From Gordius albopunctatus (lineage: Eukaryota): a stretch of 64,000 nucleotides of DNA. Below the pieces are notes generated by a model, which saw only the letters and a list, made by a program, of their open reading frames with translations, had not been told where the DNA came from and ran no database searches. Where the stretch lies: positions 1 to 64,000 of the forward strand of contig OZ193909.1 in assembly GCA_964276515.1 (NCBI GenBank). Reading direction: 5' to 3'. Shown here in pieces: positions 1 through 13,080 of the stretch. The number at the start of each line of letters is the position of its first letter. The first letter of the stretch is position 1. The position numbers and the translations under genes are program-made.

Positions 1-3000
1 ACCCTAACCCTAACCCTAACCCTAACCCTAACCCTAACCCTAACCCTAACCCTAACCCTAACCCTAACCCTAACCCTAACCCTAACCCTAACCCTAACCC
101 TAACCCTAACCCTAACCCTAACCCTAACCCTAACCCTAACCCTAACCCTAACCCTAACCCTAACCCTAACCCTAACCCTAACCCTAACCCTAACCCTAAC
201 CCTAACCCTAACCCTAACCCTAACCCTAACCCTAACCCTAACCCTAACCCTAACCCTAACCCTAACCCTAACCCTAACCCTAACCCTAACCCTAACCCTA
301 ACCCTAACCCTAACCCTAACCCTAACCCTAACCCTAACCCTAACCCTAACCCTAACCCTAACCCTAACCCTAACCCTAACCCTAACCCTAACCCTAACCC
401 TAACCCTAACCCTAACCCTAACCCTAACCCTAACCCTAACCCTAACCCTAACCCTAACCCTAACCCTAACCCTAACCCTAACCCTAACCCTAACCCTAAC
501 CCTAACCCTAACCCTAACCCTAACCCTAACCCTAACCCTAACCCTAACCCTAACCCTAACCCTAACCCTAACCCTAACCCTAACCCTAACCCTAACCCTA
601 ACCCTAACCCTAACCCTAACCCTAACCCTAACCCTAACCCTAACCCTAACCCTAACCCTAACCCTAACCCTAACCCTAACCCTAACCCTAACCCTAACCC
701 TAACCCTAACCCTAACCCTAACCCTAACCCTAACCCTAACCCTAACCCTAACCCTAACCCTAACCCTAACCCTAACCCTAACCCTAACCCTAACCCTAAC
801 CCTAACCCTAACCCTAACCCTAACCCTAACCCTAACCCTAACCCTAACCCTAACCCTAACCCTAACCCAACCCTAACCCTAACCCTAACCCTAACCCTAA
901 CCCTAACCCTAACCCTAACCCTAACCCTAACCCTAACCCTAACCCTAACCCTAACCCTAACCCTAACCCTAACCCTAACCCTAACCCTAACCCTAACCCT
1001 AACCCTAACCCTAACCCTAACCCTAACCCTAACCCTAACCCTAACCCTAACCCTAACCCTAACCCTAACCCTAACCCTAACCCTAACCCTAACCCTAACC
1101 CTAACCCTAACCCTAACCCTAACCCTAACCCTAACCCTAACCCTAACCCTAACCCTAACCCTAACCCTAACCCTAACCCTAACCCTAACCCTAACCCTAA
1201 CCCTAACCCTAACCCTAACCCTAACCCTAACCCTAACCCTAACCCTAACCCTAACCCTAACCCTAACCCTAACCCTAACCCTAACCCTAACCCTAACCCT
1301 AACCCTAACCCTAACCCTAACCCTAACCCTAACCCTAACCCTAACCCTAACCCTAACCCTAACCCTAACCCTAACCCTAACCCTAACCCTAACCCTAACC
1401 CTAACCCTAACCCTAACCCTAACCCTAACCCTAACCCTAACCCTAACCCTAACCCTAACCCTAACCCTAACCCTAACCCTAACCCTAACCCTAACCCTAA
1501 CCCTAACCCTAACCCTAACCCTAACCCTAACCCTAACCCTAACCCTAACCCTAACCCTAACCCTAACCCTAACCCTAACCCTAACCCTAACCCTAACCCT
1601 AACCCTAACCCTAACCCTAACCCTAACCCTAACCCTAACCCTAACCCTAACCCTAACCCTAACCCTAACCCTAACCCTAACCCTAACCCTAACCCTAACC
1701 CTAACCCTAACCCTAACCCTAACCCTAACCCTAACCCTAACCCTAACCCTAACCCTAACCCTAACCCTAACCCTAACCCTAACCCTAACCCTAACCCTAA
1801 CCCTAACCCTAACCCTAACCCTAACCCTAACCCTAACCCTAACCCTAACCCTAACCCTAACCCTAACCCTAACCCTAACCCTAACCCTAACCCTAACCCT
1901 AACCCTAACCCTAACCCTAACCCTAACCCTAACCCTAACCCTAACCCTAACCCTAACCCTAACCCTAACCCTAACCCTAACCCTAACCCTAACCCTAACC
2001 CTAACCCTAACCCTAACCCTAACCCTAACCCTAACCCTAACCCTAACCCTAACCCTAACCCTAACCCTAACCCTAACCCTAACCCTAACCCTAACCCTAA
2101 CCCTAACCCTAACCCTAACCCTAACCCTAACCCTAACCCTAACCCTAACCCTAACCCTAACCCTAACCCTAACCCTAACCCTAACCCTAACCCTAACCCT
2201 AACCCTAACCCTAACCCTAACCCTAACCCTAACCCTAACCCTAACCCTAACCCTAACCCTAACCCTAACCCTAACCCTAACCCTAACCCTAACCCTAACC
2301 CTAACCCTAACCCTAACCCTAACCCTAACCCTAACCCTAACCCTAACCCTAACCCTAACCCTAACCCTAACCCTAACCCTAACCCTAACCCTAACCCTAA
2401 CCCTAACCCTAACCCTAACCCTAACCCTAACCCTAACCCTAACCCTAACCCTAACCCTAACCCTAACCCTAACCCTAACCCTAACCCTAACCCTAACCCT
2501 AACCCTAACCCTAACCCTAACCCTAACCCTAACCCTAACCCTAACCCTAACCCTAACCCTAACCCTAACCCTAACCCTAACCCTAACCCTAACCCTAACC
2601 CTAACCCTAACCCTAACCCTAACCCTAACCCTAACCCTAACCCTAACCCTAACCCTAACCCTAACCCTAACCCTAACCCTAACCCTAACCCTAACCCTAA
2701 CCCTAACCCTAACCCTAACCCTAACCCTAACCCTAACCCTAACCCTAACCCTAACCCTAACCCTAACCCTAACCCTAACCCTAACCCTAACCCTAACCCT
2801 AACCCTAACCCTAACCCTAACCCTAACCCTAACCCTAACCCTAACCCTAACCCTAACCCTAACCCTAACCCTAACCCTAACCCTAACCCTAACCCTAACC
2901 CTAACCCTAACCCTAACCCTAACCCTAACCCTAACCCTAACCCTAACCCTAACCCTAACCCTAACCCTAACCCTAACCCTAACCCTAACCCTAACCCTAA

Positions 3001-4119
3001 CCCTAACCCTAACCCTAACCCTAACCCTAACCCTAACCCTAACCCTAACCCTAACCCTAACCCTAACCCTAACCCTAACCCTAACCCTAACCCTAACCCT
3101 AACCCTAACCCTAACCCTAACCCTAACCCTAACCCTAACCCTAACCCTAACCCTAACCCTAACCCTAACCCTAACCCTAACCCTAACCCTAACCCTAACC
3201 CTAACCCTAACCCTAACCCTAACCCTAACCCTAACCCTAACCCTAACCCTAACCCTAACCCTAACCCTAACCCTAACCCTAACCCTAACCCTAACCCTAA
3301 CCCTAACCCTAACCCTAACCCTAACCCTAACCCTAACCCTAACCCTAACCCTAACCCTAACCCTAACCCTAACCCTAACCCTAACCCTAACCCTAACCCT
3401 AACCCTAACCCTAACCCTAACCCTAACCCTAACCCTAACCCTAACCCTAACCCTAACCCTAACCCTAACCCTAACCCTAACCCTAACCCTAACCCTAACC
3501 CTAACCCTAACCCTAACCCTAACCCTAACCCTAACCCTAACCCTAACCCTAACCCTAACCCTAACCCTAACCCTAACCCTAACCCTAACCCTAACCCTAA
3601 CCCTAACCCTAACCCTAACCCTAACCCTAACCCTAACCCTAACCCTAACCCTAACCCTAACCCTAACCCTAACCCTAACCCTAACCCTAACCCTAACCCT
3701 AACCCTAACCCTAACCCTAACCCTAACCCTAACCCTAACCCTAACCCTAACCCTAACCCTAACCCTAACCCTAACCCTAACCCTAACCCTAACCCTAACC
3801 CTAACCCTAACCCTAACCCTAACCCTAACCCTAACCCTAACCCTAACCCTAACCCTAACCCTAACCCTAACCCTAACCCTAACCCTAACCCTAACCCTAA
3901 CCCTAACCCTAACCCTAACCCTAACCCTAACCCTAACCCTAACCCTAACCCTAACCCTAACCCTAACCCTAACCCTAACCCTAACCCTAACCCTAACCCT
4001 AACCCTAACCCTAACCCTAACCCTAACCCTAACCCTAACCCTAACCCTAACCCTAACCCTAACCCTAACCCTAACCCTAACCCTAACCCTAACCCTAACC
4101 CTAACCCTAACCCTAACCC
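1..4119 (-). repeat. Telomeric array (TTAGGG)n, read as (CCCTAA)n
   Basis: Continuous CCCTAA repeats from position 1 to 4119 with one CCCAA variant near 866-870. The C-rich strand at the window start is the orientation expected of a chromosome end. Confidence 0.99.
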
Positions 4120-5383
4120 ATTTTTTCGAGTTTAATGTAAGATTCAGAGTGGGTTTAAAATTGTTGATAATTTGTATAGCTTTACTGATCTCCTCCGGGC
4201 GGCCACATAGGGTGGCGTCGTCGAGATACCAAACATTTAAATCCAGAATACACTGAGATGATATAGCCTCGACTAAATTATGAATGGCTAAACAAAACAA
4301 AGGAGGACCTAATGGGTCTCCTTGTTGGATGCCTTCGGACGAGTCAACGACGTATTCGCCGAATCGAAGCTTGGTTGTAGAACCATAGCTTAATAAAATG
4401 TAATTTACGAATTGTGGGAATTCAGCTAAAAAAGTGTTAATAAGGGTTTCTCTTCGAATGCAGTTAAAAGCATTGGCAAAATCTAATTTAACAAAACAGG
4501 ACTCGGTGGGAATATTTTGGAGTGTTATCCGGCCAGCATGGCTGGCTGCCTCACATCCGCCTTTAATTCCGAAGCCGAGTTGATGAGGGCGGAGCTTGGC
4601 GGATAAGGAGGGTTTTATGAGTTTGCAGAGGGTTTTTGATATAATACGGCGAAAAAGACTTCCAATGGCGATGGGTCTAACTGAATTATCCGGTTTTTTG
4701 ATGGCGATAAGTTTTGCACCGAATAAAATAGGGATGATTTCATGAGGAAATTTTCCGTTAACAATGATATTACAAAAGGAAGTAATAGAATTTAAAAGAG
4801 GTTCAGTATTTAAATTATTCAGGTTGAGTAAATCTTGTAGATATACTGGGCGCCATCCGTCGAGTCCGGCTGCGGAGTCCAAAGGAAAGGAGTTAAGGGC
4901 TTCACGGATGTCTGAAGACTCGAGCACTATTGATGATGGAGATGTGGGGTATCTACTGGCTGATGATGCTGCTGGGTGTTTTTGATTAAGCTCCCTATAA
5001 GAGTCAGGGCAACAAGGGGCAATTGAGTTGTTATCATAAAAAGCTCTAAGGGCACTTTTTGGATTGAAATTATGGATTTTATTTGAAATGTGCTTGGCTG
5101 TTTGGTTAATTGTGGGTTCCAGTGGAAAGGGTTTTGTTTTACTTGTGCATGTAATGGGAACATCAGTATTAAAACACAGAAGGGATTCCTTGATGAGGCT
5201 TGATAAATTATGTTCATTAGGTTCCCTAACATAAAGGATATAATATGGGAATTTAAAAATTTTGTCCCAATTGGTTAAGTTATAAGGGTTTTTGATAATG
5301 GAAGTGAATATATTTAGCAGAGATTGTTGGATGGAAGGTCTGGCTCCTCTTGGGATTCTGGAGATAGTATTAGGAAAAAGTGA
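4120..5383 (-). mobile_element. CRE-like (RLE-type) non-LTR retrotransposon, RT part, degenerate and cut by the telomere
   Basis: Minus-strand translation gives FPNTISRIPRGAR...NSFPLDSAAGLDG...KKPDNSVRPIAIG...QLGFGIKGGCEAASHA...DFANAFNCI...EGIQQGDPLGPPLFC...NVWYLDDATLCG...NSKK. Colinear with the copies at 20.4 kb and 56.1 kb. Confidence 0.9.
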
Positions 5384-6200
5384 GGATCCATCGTTTTACA
5401 AACTCTAGATGTCTGGTCTGCCAACGTCAACCCAGGGACCCCCTTTCCCATAACCTCAAGACAAAAGGGTTGGGAAGCTGGCCTCGTATCGCGCTCCGTT
5501 GATTACCTCTTATCGAGTTGCGACGCCTGCCAGCACTTCAACCTTAAATCTTTGGTTTTTGACCGATCGGGTCACGAGTGACTAGAAGCTTATCCTAGTT
5601 CACTTTCTGGATTGATGTTGGAGAACCCAGAGCTAGCATACTCCATCGTCCTTAGTCTAGGAATTCCCTATTCAAAGAAATATTCCTGCCGCAACTGCTC
5701 GCAGAAGATAGACATTTATGCAAGGCTACACTGCCTTTACAATAAATTTAAATACATAAGGCACGAAAAGGAGAATAGCCTTATCCAAGCCCCTCTTAAA
5801 AAAGCCAATATCCCGTCTGTTTTAGAGCCGTCTGACCCTTCGTTGGAGGGAAGGATGCGACCAGACGGCTCTACCCTGATCCCTTGGCAAAATGGTGTAC
5901 CCCTTAAATGGGATTTCACCTGCATACACATTTTCGCCCCCTCTAACCTGAACTACAACGCTCTCACCCTCGCTGAACACCGCAAAACGGTAAAATACCA
6001 GGCCCTCCTACCTTTTAATATCTTTACCCATATCGTTGCCTCGTGCTCTGGGACATTTGGTCCGGCCGCCATTAAGATTTTCAAAGAAATCAGCCGTCTC
6101 TGCCCCCTCCTCTAAATATTCCGCAAATTTTTTATTTTTATAGCAAAATACAATTTCAATCTCTCCCGACAGCTAGCCACTTTGAATAGATGACACAACT
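5382..6200 (+). mobile_element. CRE-like element 3' part (Zn-knuckle region plus restriction-like endonuclease), degenerate
   Basis: ORF 5612-6115 has CRNC...HC and LEPSDPSLEGRMRPDGSTLIPW...WDFTC...AEHRKTVKY, RLE-type motifs also present at 57470-57840. A TGA at 5579 replaces the W of HEWLE. Confidence 0.88.
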
Positions 6201-6239
6201 TTTTTAATTTATACCCGCTCTTATTTTTTTTCAATTTTA

Positions 6240-7386
6240 TCACTTTGTTTTTATAATGTTTTTACGTTCAAATAAACAGTATATATTTTTTAAAAAATTA
6301 TGGGCAGTGATGGATATCCTTTGTACAAAGAAGATCAACAGAGGATGGTGGTAACGTGGCAACCATTCAACTGCGGAGCGCAATAGTCTAGGTAGATAAC
6401 TCTTGGGTTTTTCCATACTGTCCTTTGCTAAAAGCACAATATCAATATGGATCAAATGCTAAAACACTATAACAAAACTCTAATTATTCTTTAAGATTTA
6501 TGCTTACAAATTGAACACAAAGCTTTCAATCAACTGATTATGCCTGTATTAAATTGATCTGCTGCTGCTCCATTCTATGAAGACTTACATCGTGAACAAA
6601 ATACAACCAGGGTGATCACACTGGTCTACAAAAAAAATCAACCGGGAAACGGTCCACATATTGTGATAGAGTTTTTTGTTTTTTTCCTATACGTCAAGTT
6701 TTTTCGATATTTCGATTCAAAGTTGCGAAAATGACCGTTTTTGGCCCTTTTGACGCTCTATATAGGGCGAAATTGAATGGCTAAAAAAATATTTTAAACC
6801 TCAAAGTGGTAGAACCAACTTAGGGTAAAACATTGGAAAATAATTTTTTCCCTACTAGGTATAACGATATAACTATATTTCTATTTTTTTTCCTCGTACA
6901 TATAAATATTTCGCTTTCATTTTACTGGCGGAAATTTGTTCTGATTCAACCAAATATTGTAAAAGCCTTCATTTAACCAAATTTAAAGGATATTTCATTA
7001 AGGATATACTATTGATTTCAGGCTATGACAGACTATTTTAAACGCTGTACTAAAATATTTTCTCTACATTGTCGAAAATTATAATTGACTTTTATACAAT
7101 AGTGGTCTATAACTTTTTGTCACCCAATTATGCATATCATCGTTAACAGGCACATTTTAACCTATAAAATTAACAAATACCTTATAGTATTTAAAACTGT
7201 TAAAAATCTATTAAATTATGAATAAATATGTCTTTTCCTAGTATTAAATAAAAAGATTTGTTTCAAATATAGCATTATATTTTTTACATCATAAACTTCC
7301 CTACAGATGACCCAAATTTTTTTATATATGTTTTATGTAGCTAATTAAGGACTAGGCCAAAGCAACGCTTGGCCGGACACAGCTAG
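6240..7386 (+). mobile_element. Non-autonomous Helitron remnant
   Basis: Frameshifted Rep-like peptide GSDGYPLY/RRSTEDGG...VDNSWVFPYCPLL at about 6303-6430. The 3' end has the hairpin GGCCAAAGC-AAC-GCTTGGCC followed by CTAG|T at 7383-7387. The 5' A|TC at 6240 is tentative. Confidence 0.7.
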
Positions 7387-7559
7387 TTAAAATATAAAAT
7401 GTTAACAAATTAAATTTAGTATTTAGGGGTTTATTGCATTTTAATGGACTTTTTCCTATTTTCAGAAATTAAGATTACACTTAGAAATGGTGGGCGTAAC
7501 TATGGACATGTGGCGAACTACTTAAACATATTTGACGCGTTTACAATATTGCCCGTTGT

Positions 7560-8930
7560 TTATTCTATACGAGAATGGCGGTTGAGTTGAGGCTCAAGTA
7601 GTGAATTGAGATGTTAAGGGGTTTGTATAAAAAGCTCTTATTGGCGATCGGACACGAAGAGGGGAATAATGGGATATTAAACAATTGGCTTATGAGAGGC
7701 TGGTCCTCGCCGTATGGGCCAACCTCCGTCCATTGGTGGAGAAGATGTTTCGGCACGTTTGTATGCTCTGTGACACCATGGCAGGGGAATATCGAAGTTG
7801 AGATGGTTTCCCTACCTCCAGACCATCGTTACGAGAGATGGAATCAATTGCGAGGTTCCTGGCGACTTGGATATAGTTTAGTAGCCATCCAAAGACCCTA
7901 CTATCCTCCCTGGTTTTGGCGGTCTTTCTTAAGAGGGAAAGAGGGAACGCCTTCCTTGCAGCTGGGAGGATCCTAAGGAAAATAATTGACTCGTTCCGTG
8001 TAAGTCTCAAATTCATTTAGTGCTGCCCAATCTTTTAACTTTCCGCCAACTGCTTGACAACTATATTAAGTCGCCATCGTGATGGTTTTGACCCTATCGG
8101 ATAGCTTGTCTATTTGGTTCCATTCTTTGATCGTATTTACCAAGTCATTCAGGAACTTGACTTCGTGTTTCTGGTATCCTGCAATGTTTTTGTTATTGTC
8201 ATAGGCTTTCTTAAGCCTATTAGTCTCATTTTAAGGAGTTTATAGTTGGTTTGTTCTTGGTGTGGAGCTGATATTTCGAGTTCTTTCGTCAAATGTCTCA
8301 CAAGTTCTGATTAGGAAATTTTGATCTTATTTATTCCTTTTGTGCATCAGGGCTCCAATATCTGTAGTCTCGCCGCGCGTGACATATCGCGATGTGCTTG
8401 TTGATTGGTTTGGAGGTGGCTTGGCAAGTTGTGTTGCCCTTGCTTCGAAATACTGTTAACGATAAGTGAGCGGTGAAAGCATTGACTCTAGCATAGCTTC
8501 AATGCAGTTAATTCTTCTGGCCCATACCACATCGGATGACTGGGCTTGCAATGCGAACGTCAGCGCACGACTTTACCGTCGGGATGATTTGCTTCATAAC
8601 AACATCATCCGCATTACTCATAACAAGGTTGGCCTGGGCGATCTGTAAGGGTTGGGTGGGGGGATTGACTTTTTAGTAATGAATAGCCTGGTTTGAGAAG
8701 CTGGGATTTGGGGGAGGGGGTTAATTAGTTTGGGAATGTGCTTATCGAAGTCGTTTAAATTGGCTTGGATTCGTGTGGCATAAAAGAAAGAGGCGGTTAG
8801 GGCAATAACTAGGCTAATTTTTCGGGAAATAAGTGACGGGGTTTTAGGTTATAACTAAACGGGAATAAAGCAAGGTGCTTGAGGGTTTTAGAAATTTTGA
8901 TAAATATTACTATTAAACAAAAGTTATTAA
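7560..8930 (-). other. Decayed coding-like tract, possibly a retroelement ORF1/5' region
   Basis: The minus strand is C-rich like the CRE coding strands. Broken reading frames include KSCADVRIASPVIRCGMGQKN*LH*SYAR (PHD-like spacing, degenerate) and a helical NETNRLKKAY...LNDLVNTIKEW segment. Confidence 0.35.
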
Positions 8931-9509
8931 GATGTGGCTTAAGGATTGCCCAAGGGGGGGGGGGAGGACTTGGATTTTGTTTCAAAAACAAAAATGAATT
9001 AAAATAAAATGCATTTAATATCTACGATGGGTTTTTTATAAGAATACATTTTTTCAGTATTATTTTTTTCCTTAGAAAAAGCATTTCTAGTTAAATTATT
9101 TAAGTTGTTTGACTCAATTCGCCCTGAGGTCTTTATTCTAAGGACACAATTTCAAAGGGCTTTCAGTATTAAGACAATGATATATTTATATGAGAAAAAT
9201 GTTCAATAATAATTTAGTTTAAACATTTTCAATATCAATTTTTTTTATTTCGTCAAACAAGCGACCCCCATTTTTAACTTCCACTAGTAGCACTTGTTGC
9301 TGAATAAAGCTATAGTTTTGTTAATCATTCATCTTATTGAAAAATTAAACTCGGGATCGACTTATTTAAAACAGCAAGTTCTATGAATAAATTGTGAGGA
9401 AAAATAAATATTCATAAAACCATTATTGTAAAAAAAATAAAATTTTTTAAACATCATAAAATACACGCAATGTCATATACATAATTTTTTTTAATACTTA
9501 TGCTGACGC

Positions 9510-9970
9510 TAGGCCCGGCCCTGGCCCGTTTGGTTACCTTAATGCCCGTCCAAGCCGGGCCCATTATTTTTTAAGCAAAAAGCTTATTCACGTCTGGCTA
9601 TAAGCAATCCGAAGACCGATATTTTATAAGTCTAACTTTGCCGATGCCAACTCGTTTGCTTTTAAGTTGGCTGTCATGTTCATCTGAAAGTAGACATTAA
9701 AAATCAATTTACTAAATAATGAGGATTATTAATTATTAGTTGGATTTGATCATAAATCTCTACTAAGAATTAGCACACTAAGTTTCTAAAAAGAGATTTT
9801 AATGAAATTTTAATTGCTGCATGCTTGAATGAAACATGCAAAACGCTTTGTAAAATTATCATTAACTTTGAGTATTATTAGTATTTTATTGCCCTTTTCT
9901 AGTGGTATTACCACTCCCAATTTCTAAAAACAAGGAATCCATAAGTTAGGATAAGCATGTTAAACGATTA
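9510..9970 (+). repeat. Dispersed repeat (probable DNA-transposon derivative), second copy at about 18360-18810
   Basis: Shared blocks TAACTTTGCCGATG, GTTTCTAAAA, CATGC.AAAC.CTTTGTA, CTTTGAGTA and AAAAACAAGGAAT occur in the same order in both copies, after GGCCC motifs. Confidence 0.7.
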
Positions 9971-10653
9971 TTTCTAATTACCTTTATTACTTAAATTTAG
10001 CTGTTGTATCAACCCATTATATCCCCCCCCCCTGTCTGCCTGCCTACCCCACAGATGTCTGGGAAAAATGAAGAAGTTGTATGCTTGAGTATTATTTAAT
10101 TTTGACGAAATGAGTATTATAAGATTACCACTGCTTGAGTTTAATGTAGAGAGAGAATCGTGAAATAGGGTTAAGGATCAATTAATACATAGCTTCCTCC
10201 CTTTCCTCCATATCATCATCATCATCATCATCAATGCATTAATTAATATTCCTTTTTCATCCGTCGTGGTGATATACATGCATGATTACTACATTACTAC
10301 ATACACATGGCCGCCGCCCGCATATCGTGCTCGCTCGCTCGCTCGCTCAATGTAGTTGTAGTCGAAGCGTGAGTAAATAGATGATTGCCCGTCTCTCTCT
10401 CTCTCTCTACTCTTCTGATATGATGTCTTAGCTCTGTAACACTATTAAAAGTGACATTTGGAAGTGTTGTAATGTAATCGAAGAGGTGTAGAGACATTTG
10501 AATTTGATAATATTATTATATTGATAACATACTTCATTATCGTTAAGATTAATTAAATTAAATATCAAATGTGTTTAGTTTTGTGGTTGTTGTGTCGTCT
10601 AGTAAAAATACTTTTTCCAGCATTCATTTTAATAAATTCACAATTTGATTTAG

Positions 10654-11782
10654 ATGGATAAAGAAGAAAGCATCATACCTCCACGGGCCAAAGCAGGACA
10701 GTGTATGGTGTGCGGAGATGTAGCGCTTGGGCGACATTATGGGATATACGCTTGTAATGGGTGCAGTGGCTTTTTCAAGAGGAGCGTCAGGAAAAAATTG
10801 AATTACAGGTAGTTGTCCGTCATGTTAGTATTACACCACTAAAGAATGATGTTCTTTCTTCATTTTCCATCATCTTTTTGCGTTTTTAATTGAAGTTTGC
10901 TTTGCGGTAATTCCATGCTTCTATAAACACTTGGATTCCTTAGGGTGAATATTACAAACTTGATAGATTTATTCTTGTCTCCAACTAAATTGCTGCCTAC
11001 AATTCCCAACTAGGGCGCATCCGGGGGGTAGATTAAATTTTTGCAAACTGATCTTTACGTCAAAGCGATTTTCTTTGATTACAACAGGGTTGTTACCCCT
11101 ATCCCAGTAATCAGACTTTTTAACCTGAATGCTACGCCATTGTCGCATTAATAATGACGCATTATATATTCGAATTATCAGGTGTCAATCAGGTGATGGG
11201 GCTTGTCTAATCGACAAAAGTCATAGGAATCAATGTCAGGAATGCCGACTCCGAAAATGCTTAACAATGGGAATGAACAAAAATGGTAAGCATATATCCT
11301 TGTAAAACACACACACACACACAATGATTTTATTTGATTAAGCTGTGCAAAAAGAAAGGAAAGCCCCGAATCCATATAATTTGATTAGGAGAAATAATAA
11401 AAAAGGGGCTGAACAATACGCTAATATTTTGAAAAACATTCAAATGCTCAACGGGTTGCCGTTGTTAAATATCTTCCCTTGGCATCCAGCTAACTACGCT
11501 TGGTTCGCCCCCCCTTCTTATAAGCAAATGTCCCACTTCCATACTAACACCAATCTCATCAATTCCTTCCCTCCTTTATTCCACGACAAAAACAGAAAAA
11601 ACTCAGGTTTCCCAAAATACCTACTCTTGTCCTATTATCATTTACTATATTTAGGCATATTAGGCGGCCCAAGTTTTTCCATTGAAAACATCCTTAGTGT
11701 TAGTGCGCCCCCGCCCCCATCGGTGGGGAATGTCAAAATATTTGAGGCAAAGGCTCAACAACGTTCACCCGAATCCGAATAG
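10654..11782 (+). CDS. NR2E3-like: Nuclear receptor of NR2E3/PNR/FAX-1/Hr51 type; DNA-binding domain only, no LBD seen
   Basis: Exons 10654-10808, 11182-11285, 11343-11606, 11655-11782, all GT-AG and phase-consistent. They encode [76 protein letters not shown]. The P-box CNGCSG is characteristic of NR2E3. The ATG follows an AG, so an upstream exon is possible. Confidence 0.9.
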
Positions 11783-13080
11783 TGAAGTTCAAGTTTGTGA
11801 CGCCGCACCAATATCATTCATTACGCTCAAACAATTCCCGCTAAAAATTGAGTGCTTGGAAGAATAAGTTGACGCATTACTTCACCTTTATTTGTTGAAA
11901 CAACATAAATTGCCTAAATAAAATTTGTATGGTGCGTGTTAAGTGTGACTTATTATATTAGGGCCATTCTATCGCGCTGAAAAAAGATCAAAATTTGGGT
12001 ATATTTTTATTCCAATATTTTTTATTTACCATGTATTTTTATAAATTTACTGATTGATGAAAAAACAAACAGCATAATATTTTCTTTTAATAATTCATTC
12101 TACCGCCATCTACAAATATTTTTGGTGAAAATGTAATTTTTCGAATTCTCAACCATCTCGTAAGGGACCCCAAACTTTTTAAGATTGAAATATGATGATC
12201 GGTGATAAAGGAGTGCACATTGGTGATTTCACACGGGGGCTGAATAGGTTCTTATGATTTTTACTAATTTGACCACAAAAAATTAAGCGCAAAAGTTTGA
12301 GGTTTTTTGTTAAATTGTTTCAATAGAGAATTTTTTAGGAAGGAAATGCATCAAACTTTAAGTGAATAGCGCCATTAAATTGAAAAATATTTGAAAAAGG
12401 ATAAAATATAGAAAAGGGGCTTGAGGGTGATATTAGCCCTTTTAACGTAAATACCTTAAAAAATACAGGTCCAAAATTGCTAAATAATATATGAGGTCTA
12501 CACCCTCACCAAAAATTATCCATATCTCATATGGTCGGTGGAAAATCTTCTTTTTTCACCATTCGACATGGGAGGCTTCAAGATTATCCTAATTTTTTTA
12601 TTTCCTTAAAATTATATGCAATAAAATAATTTTTTACAATAAGAAGCGAGTGTCAACTGGTATAAAATTTATTATAACGTCGAAATAAATAGTGTAAAAT
12701 AGCGAGGGGTGGGGGGCGAGGGAGCGAAGAGTGATCAGAATGTAAAATAATTCCGTAGACAACAACCCAATGATGCCAAAGTCAATGTATAAATAAATGT
12801 GGGTATGATGGAATAGGAGGAGAGTGCATGGCGGCGAGTGGTTAATCCAAATTGTGTCGTCTTGAACGAATCGGGTGAAATGTGTTAGTGGATAAAAAAT
12901 AGTAGCATGATAAATAGGGAGAACATGAATGGTGATGGAGGGCGCGCGCGCGAACAACATTCAAACCAATGAAAGAACACATGAAGATGATATACAACAG
13001 ACCCATCATGTATCCAAGCCTGGGGCGATGACGCGGGTGCGAAGAGAATAGTAGACGTTTGTTTTAAAAATGTGAGTAGG

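Noticed and set aside
861..870. Single CCCAA variant in the telomere
   Set aside because: One 1-nt deletion in about 690 repeats cannot be distinguished from sequencing error.
5579..5581. TGA at a Trp position, suggesting an alternative genetic code
   Set aside because: It occurs in a decayed TE alongside frameshifts; TOP1 and shugoshin use TGA as their stop and TGG for Trp.
4120..6200. MoTeR/SART-style targeted insertion into telomeric repeats
   Set aside because: The junction is inside the RT rather than at an element end, and there are no telomeric repeats on the inner side.
12634..12960. 108-aa minus-strand ORF downstream of TOP1
   Set aside because: No motifs or ATG start; most likely TOP1 3' UTR.
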